This document shows, one piece after another, positions 59,501 through 64,000 of a stretch of 64,000 nucleotides of DNA (positions are counted from its first letter, which is position 1; each line of letters begins with the position of its first letter). The stretch is taken from positions 2,177,270 to 2,241,269 of the forward strand of contig SMSO01000007.1 of NCBI GenBank assembly GCA_004764695.1. The letters run 5' to 3'. The translations under genes and the position numbers were made by a program. Under the pieces are notes generated by a model, which was not told the DNA's origin, made no database searches, and saw only the letters and a program-made list of their open reading frames with translations. The DNA is from Schizochytrium sp. TIO01 (taxonomy: Eukaryota > Protista > Bigyra: Labyrinthulomycetes).

Positions 59501-59602
59501 TCCAGGTGGTGGGACTCACCGAGTCTGTCCGGCGCCCTGTTGGAATAGGATATTTGAAAAGTAGGTACTAATTATCAACTACAGCGACGGTATCTGAAAA
59601 AT

Positions 59603-59603
<1 letters not shown>

Positions 59604-59633
<30 letters not shown>

Positions 59634-62600
59634 AATATTAAATGCTGTTAGGGATGCCATCAGAACGGAGCAACAGTGGATACGTCGAAGGTCTCTTGGT
59701 GAGCGATCGATCATACAGGCGGTCGACCTTCGAGGTTTCTCGTCGTTGAGAGCGATGCCGTCTCTAAGGTGCCTGGTAACACACGCATATATCCATCTTG
59801 GCAGCTTCCCAGTGAGCGCGGCTCTGCGTTCACCAGTCTTGTCATGATCATCTCTGTAACTAATCGATCAACTGCTTGCGCACATATGACATATATGCGA
59901 TCTGTACCAGTGCGTACTTCTTTCGTTTGTTTCCATGGAATTCCACAGACGCGGCATGAAAAGACAGCTCAACCTCTGCCCTCGAAGCGGATCGATTGCG
60001 CCTCAGAGGGTGGATTAACTGCTCACTTGAAGTGCTTCGCTCGCTCGCTGATCTGCACGTGAGCGCATAGTGACTCGAAAGCAAGAAAGTAACCGTCGCT
60101 GAGATTTGGTCTGTCTGTGATCTGTGATTCGTGAGGGCCTGAAGATCCCAGAGCGCACGTTATTGAGAGCGCATCGATCGCGGGAATGCACGCTCTGTCA
60201 GAGAGCTTATTGGCAGCAGCAGCACCAGGAGCTGGAAACCCACTCGGCTACGGGCGCAGGCGATCTTCTGTGGATCTTGCCAGCGATGATGTCAACGCAT
60301 CGACGAGCTTTGGGCCAAACGTCGACAACCTTTGTCGCCTCGTTGCAAGCTCGAGCCATGGTTAGCTCTGATAGCCACACGCGAAGGAAAAGAAGGGGAA
60401 GAAGAAGCGGCTGAAGATCCAACAGCAATCATACGCTGCCAGGATAAACCCAAGATATTGATTGATTGGCAAACGAGCGTCGTTCTAGCGCCAACTTCGG
60501 TTGAAGACGCGCAGAAGAGAACCAAGGTTTGCTTTGTCCACCCACCGATCCGACGCTCTTTCCGCAACGAGTGCTTGCAGGAGATGGCGTGAACGAGCCC
60601 ATCACTTCCGGCCCATAAGCCACCTCGGCAACAACAACAACAACAACAACAACAACACGCAAGCAAGCAAGCAAGCGAGCGAGCGACGAGGCTGGCTGGC
60701 TAGTTTCCCTCACTCCGTTTGGCGCTCCTGCGGCTTCTCGCAGCTCTCTTTTGGCGTTCTCTCATTCGTTTCACCTGCAGACGACTACCTCATCCTTCCC
60801 TCCGGAGTCGCACCTCCGCCGTTGCGGTCGGTCCTCCGGGGGACCTCGAGTGCCTCCTTCGCGAGCTCTTCAAGGCAGCGCGAGCGACCATAGCTCAATT
60901 GCCTGCCGCGGTGGCGCCGCTGTTCCTTGCCACAGGCAGCAGCGCTGAGGAGGGTTTCTTCTGCTTCGCTTCTTCGCGCTCTCGTCTTCTTCTTCTTCTT
61001 CGCTCATCCTGCGCCAAAAGACGCAGACCCAAAGACTTTCTTTCTGAGTTCCTCTCCTTCTTTCGTTTCGACCTCTTCGGACATTTCTTTTCAATCTCTC
61101 TATATATAGATTGATAGTTTTAGCTTTCTTTCACTTGCTTTACAGAAAAGCAAAGCAAAGCAGTGCTTACAATAAACAGCAAATATGAACAACAAACATA
61201 TAATTATTCTTGTCCCGAGATAGAGATGCCAAGAGGCATTTCAAATGTGGCAGTCGACCGCTCCTGTGAACAGAAATAACAGAACGGAACAGAACGGCAG
61301 GGAATAGATGGATGAATGAAGGAATGAATGAAAGGAAAGGAAAGGACGAAGGAATGACGCAAAGCGCGCTCGCTCAAGATGCGCTAAGGACGACGGGGCG
61401 TAAGATCCTGGTGCTCGCGGGGCCTTCGCTATAGGAAGCGAGTCCGGGGTGGGCCGAGGATAACGCGTACGAGAGCACGGTCCACGGCTGCAGGGGGGAA
61501 AGAAAGCGTTGGCGACGGAGTCGCGGGAGGGTTGTTGATGCGACGCATTTAAAAAAATAATTTATCTATCTTTATTTTTATTTATCTATCTTTATTCTTC
61601 TTGCGACGCTTTCTCCGTCGAAAACATTTGCTTTTGCAAAAAGAAACAGCTGGAAAGCGGGGTTTAGTGTTTTTTAAAGGGGTCCTGTTAGATTTTGGTC
61701 TCTCGAACTCACAGCAGTAAAAAAGCAGTAAAGCAGTAAAAAAGCAGAACGGTTGGTAATGAAGGTTAGCTATCGCTGGGAGTGAAACTTTTTATTCGAA
61801 GTAAAGGATTTCGAGATAGTTTGGAACGCTTCGCATCTGTTTGAGAGGAGGAGAGAGAGAAAGGAAGGAGAGACTTCTGACTGAGAAATCAGGAATGAAA
61901 ATAGAAACAAACAAGCTTGAAAACTAAGAAGAGGGAAACTATGAATCGTACGTACCAAATCAGCAAAAAGCGACAGAATGAGACGCCAAGAAAAGCACGC
62001 AAGATCCACTTCTGCTCCAGTTTCGCCTCTGTTGTGTGTTAGAGTTACACCATTGGGTGTCTTCTGATTGTCTGCCTCCCGTTCTTGTTTCCTTTTCATC
62101 TGTGTTTTCAGGTTTTCAACTTCTTCTTCACAGACTCTCATAAGCGTATAGACTGAATCAGGATTCTTACTTTTTACTTTTTACTTTTTACTTTTTACTT
62201 TTAAAAGAACAAACGTTTGTTGTTTTATTTTTTATCTTAAACGTTTCCTCCCTGATAAGAAGATAAACAAAGTCCAGGATATGGAGGCGCCGGCTTCAAC
62301 GCCTCGTTCTTGGCCTGCGCAGCCTCAGCGAGGCCATCTGCCTGCTTTATGGGCCTCCCCTCGCCGGTCCCGCCGCTTCTTTGTTGGCGCGAGTCGCCGC
62401 CATTTCTCTCCTCGTTCTTCGTCGCTCTCCTCTCTTTTTCTTTCCTTCATCTGAGCTCCAATCTTCAAAAACCAACTACAGAAACTAAAGAAAGGAAAAG
62501 AGACCGACTGACTGACCAAGTGAGAGAAAAGGAAGGAAGAAGGTAACAAAACATGCTATGCTTCGCGCCTCTTACTTATTAGGAGGAACAAACACATTGC

Positions 62601-62825
62601 AAAAGCAAGTTTTCCTCTTCTTCGTTCATTAAAGGTAGACAAATAAATAAACCATAACACCTAATAATAACAAGACAGGAACAGAGAACATCGAGAGGAC
62701 GGATTGTAGTATGATACGCTCTCTCTCTCTCTCTCTCTCTCTTTGAGGCGCGGCGCCGCTCAAAAAGGAGATCTCCGCGTTCCAAAGGCGCCCAAACTCA
62801 GTTTTCACGCCGTTTGTTCAATTAC

Positions 62826-62864
<39 letters not shown>

Positions 62865-63387
62865 CTGTTCGGTAGCACTCTCGAGCGGCGGCAGATTGAA
62901 CCAAAGCGGCGCCGACAAGTGTCTCCGGAGGAAGGCCAGGACGCACTTTGAGAAGCTAGCGCAGAAGCAGGCACAAGCTGGAGTGTCCTCGCGCTGTCTC
63001 GCCAACTAACGAACGGACGGTCCTTTCGTCCAAGTCGGCGCACTGTTCACTGGGCTCCGCAAAAGGTGCTTCGACGCATTTATTTATTATGTGTCAGTCA
63101 GTGTACGTATGTATGTATGTTTGTATGTATGTTTGTATGTATGTTTGTATGTATGTATGCGGTGTGCGGCGGGTTCTGGAGGAGTTCTAGGCGGGTTCTG
63201 CGGCGCCACGATCGAATGAAGGCTGGAGATAGATAGAGAGAGAAAGAGAGAGAAAGAGAGAAAGAGAGAAAGAGAGAGCGAAAGAAAGAGGGGACGCTCT
63301 CTCCAAGCACAAGTGGGGCCGTCTGTTCTCTGTTTCGATTCGGGCATTGAGGGATGGATGGATGGATGGATGGATGGATGGATGGAT
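59604..63387. repeat. Dispersed microsatellites (GAAA ~59604, AAC ~60629, ACTTTTT ~62169, CT ~62718 and ~62830, TATG ~63108, GA-rich ~63226, GATG ~63352)
   Basis: Read directly from the sequence; individual tracts are 25-60 bp. Confidence 0.8.
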
Positions 63388-64000
63388 TGACTACTATCAT
63401 GGATTCTCCGCCGTAAAACCTGTTCTTCAGGAAACGCGTGGACCTGAAACAGTTGGAACAGACGCTCGAAAACGTCGTTACCTTTCTTTCCTCATCGCAT
63501 CTTTTAAATTAATGCCCATAACAAAGAGGCTTTCACTGTTCCTCTAATCTAACCAAACGAATTTTAGCGCCCCTTGCATTGCAGAGCCCGTCGAAACTAG
63601 GCTCTCTTCCTCTATTTTCATCTTGAAAACAAATCAACAACAGGAATTTATGACAGAAAGCTGTGCCTCTGCATTGCTCCACAGCAGTGCATCCACATAC
63701 ATACGCACATTCATTGATTGATAGATTCATTCTGATTGATTCATTGATTCATTGATTCATCCATTCATGTGTCCAAGATCTTCCCTCCTATCAGTCCGCC
63801 TAGGAGCCCTTAGGCCGTGCCTAGCAAGAGCGAAGACGCTCTGCTCTGCTCTGCTCTGCTCCGCTCCTCTCTCGCGAACGTGCTGCTCTGCGCAGGCTTT
63901 CGCTCTGCTCGAGCCGGCTCGCGAGGGCCTGGCCGCGAAGGCTCTGCACCCTTCAAGGCGTGATGCTATGCTGCAGGCGGGTGGAGACGGGTCGAGTGGA

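Noticed and set aside
63968-64000. ATG-initiated open frame running off the window end
   Set aside because: Only 11 codons are visible, so it cannot be supported.

Overview
This is eukaryotic nuclear DNA, not prokaryotic. Genes are intron-poor and mostly single-exon, with one clear GT-AG intron, and long intergenic tracts are packed with tetra- and pentanucleotide microsatellites. Gene content (stramenopile-style G-protein gamma subunit, multidomain p25-alpha protein) and genome texture suggest a stramenopile, plausibly a thraustochytrid; this is inference. Eleven complete protein genes are supported: a giant IQ/p25-alpha/WW/B-box protein, a divergently transcribed IQ protein, a bacterial-type thiolase-like protein, a spliced SEC14/CRAL-TRIO protein, a mitochondrial carrier, a MORN-repeat protein, TRAPPC13 with a Q-rich N-terminus, a double FKBP (SlyD-type plus FKBP12-type), a G-protein gamma subunit, a UFD1-UBX-UIM-UBA protein and an mpaB/DUF2236-type oxygenase. 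The 3' end of a further gene lies at 1-81. I recognised no rRNA, tRNA, CRISPR array or intact transposon. The most notable items are: (i) a 242-codon frame at 12968-13693 (-) broken only by TGA (7 times, including a *xx* pair); (ii) a G-gamma ending in -CCG rather than CaaX; (iii) the SlyD-FKBP12 and UFD1-UBX-UIM-UBA fusions; (iv) a carrier with degenerate gate motifs. All family calls come from motifs read by eye; no searches were run. I cannot support a single coherent new multi-gene system here.
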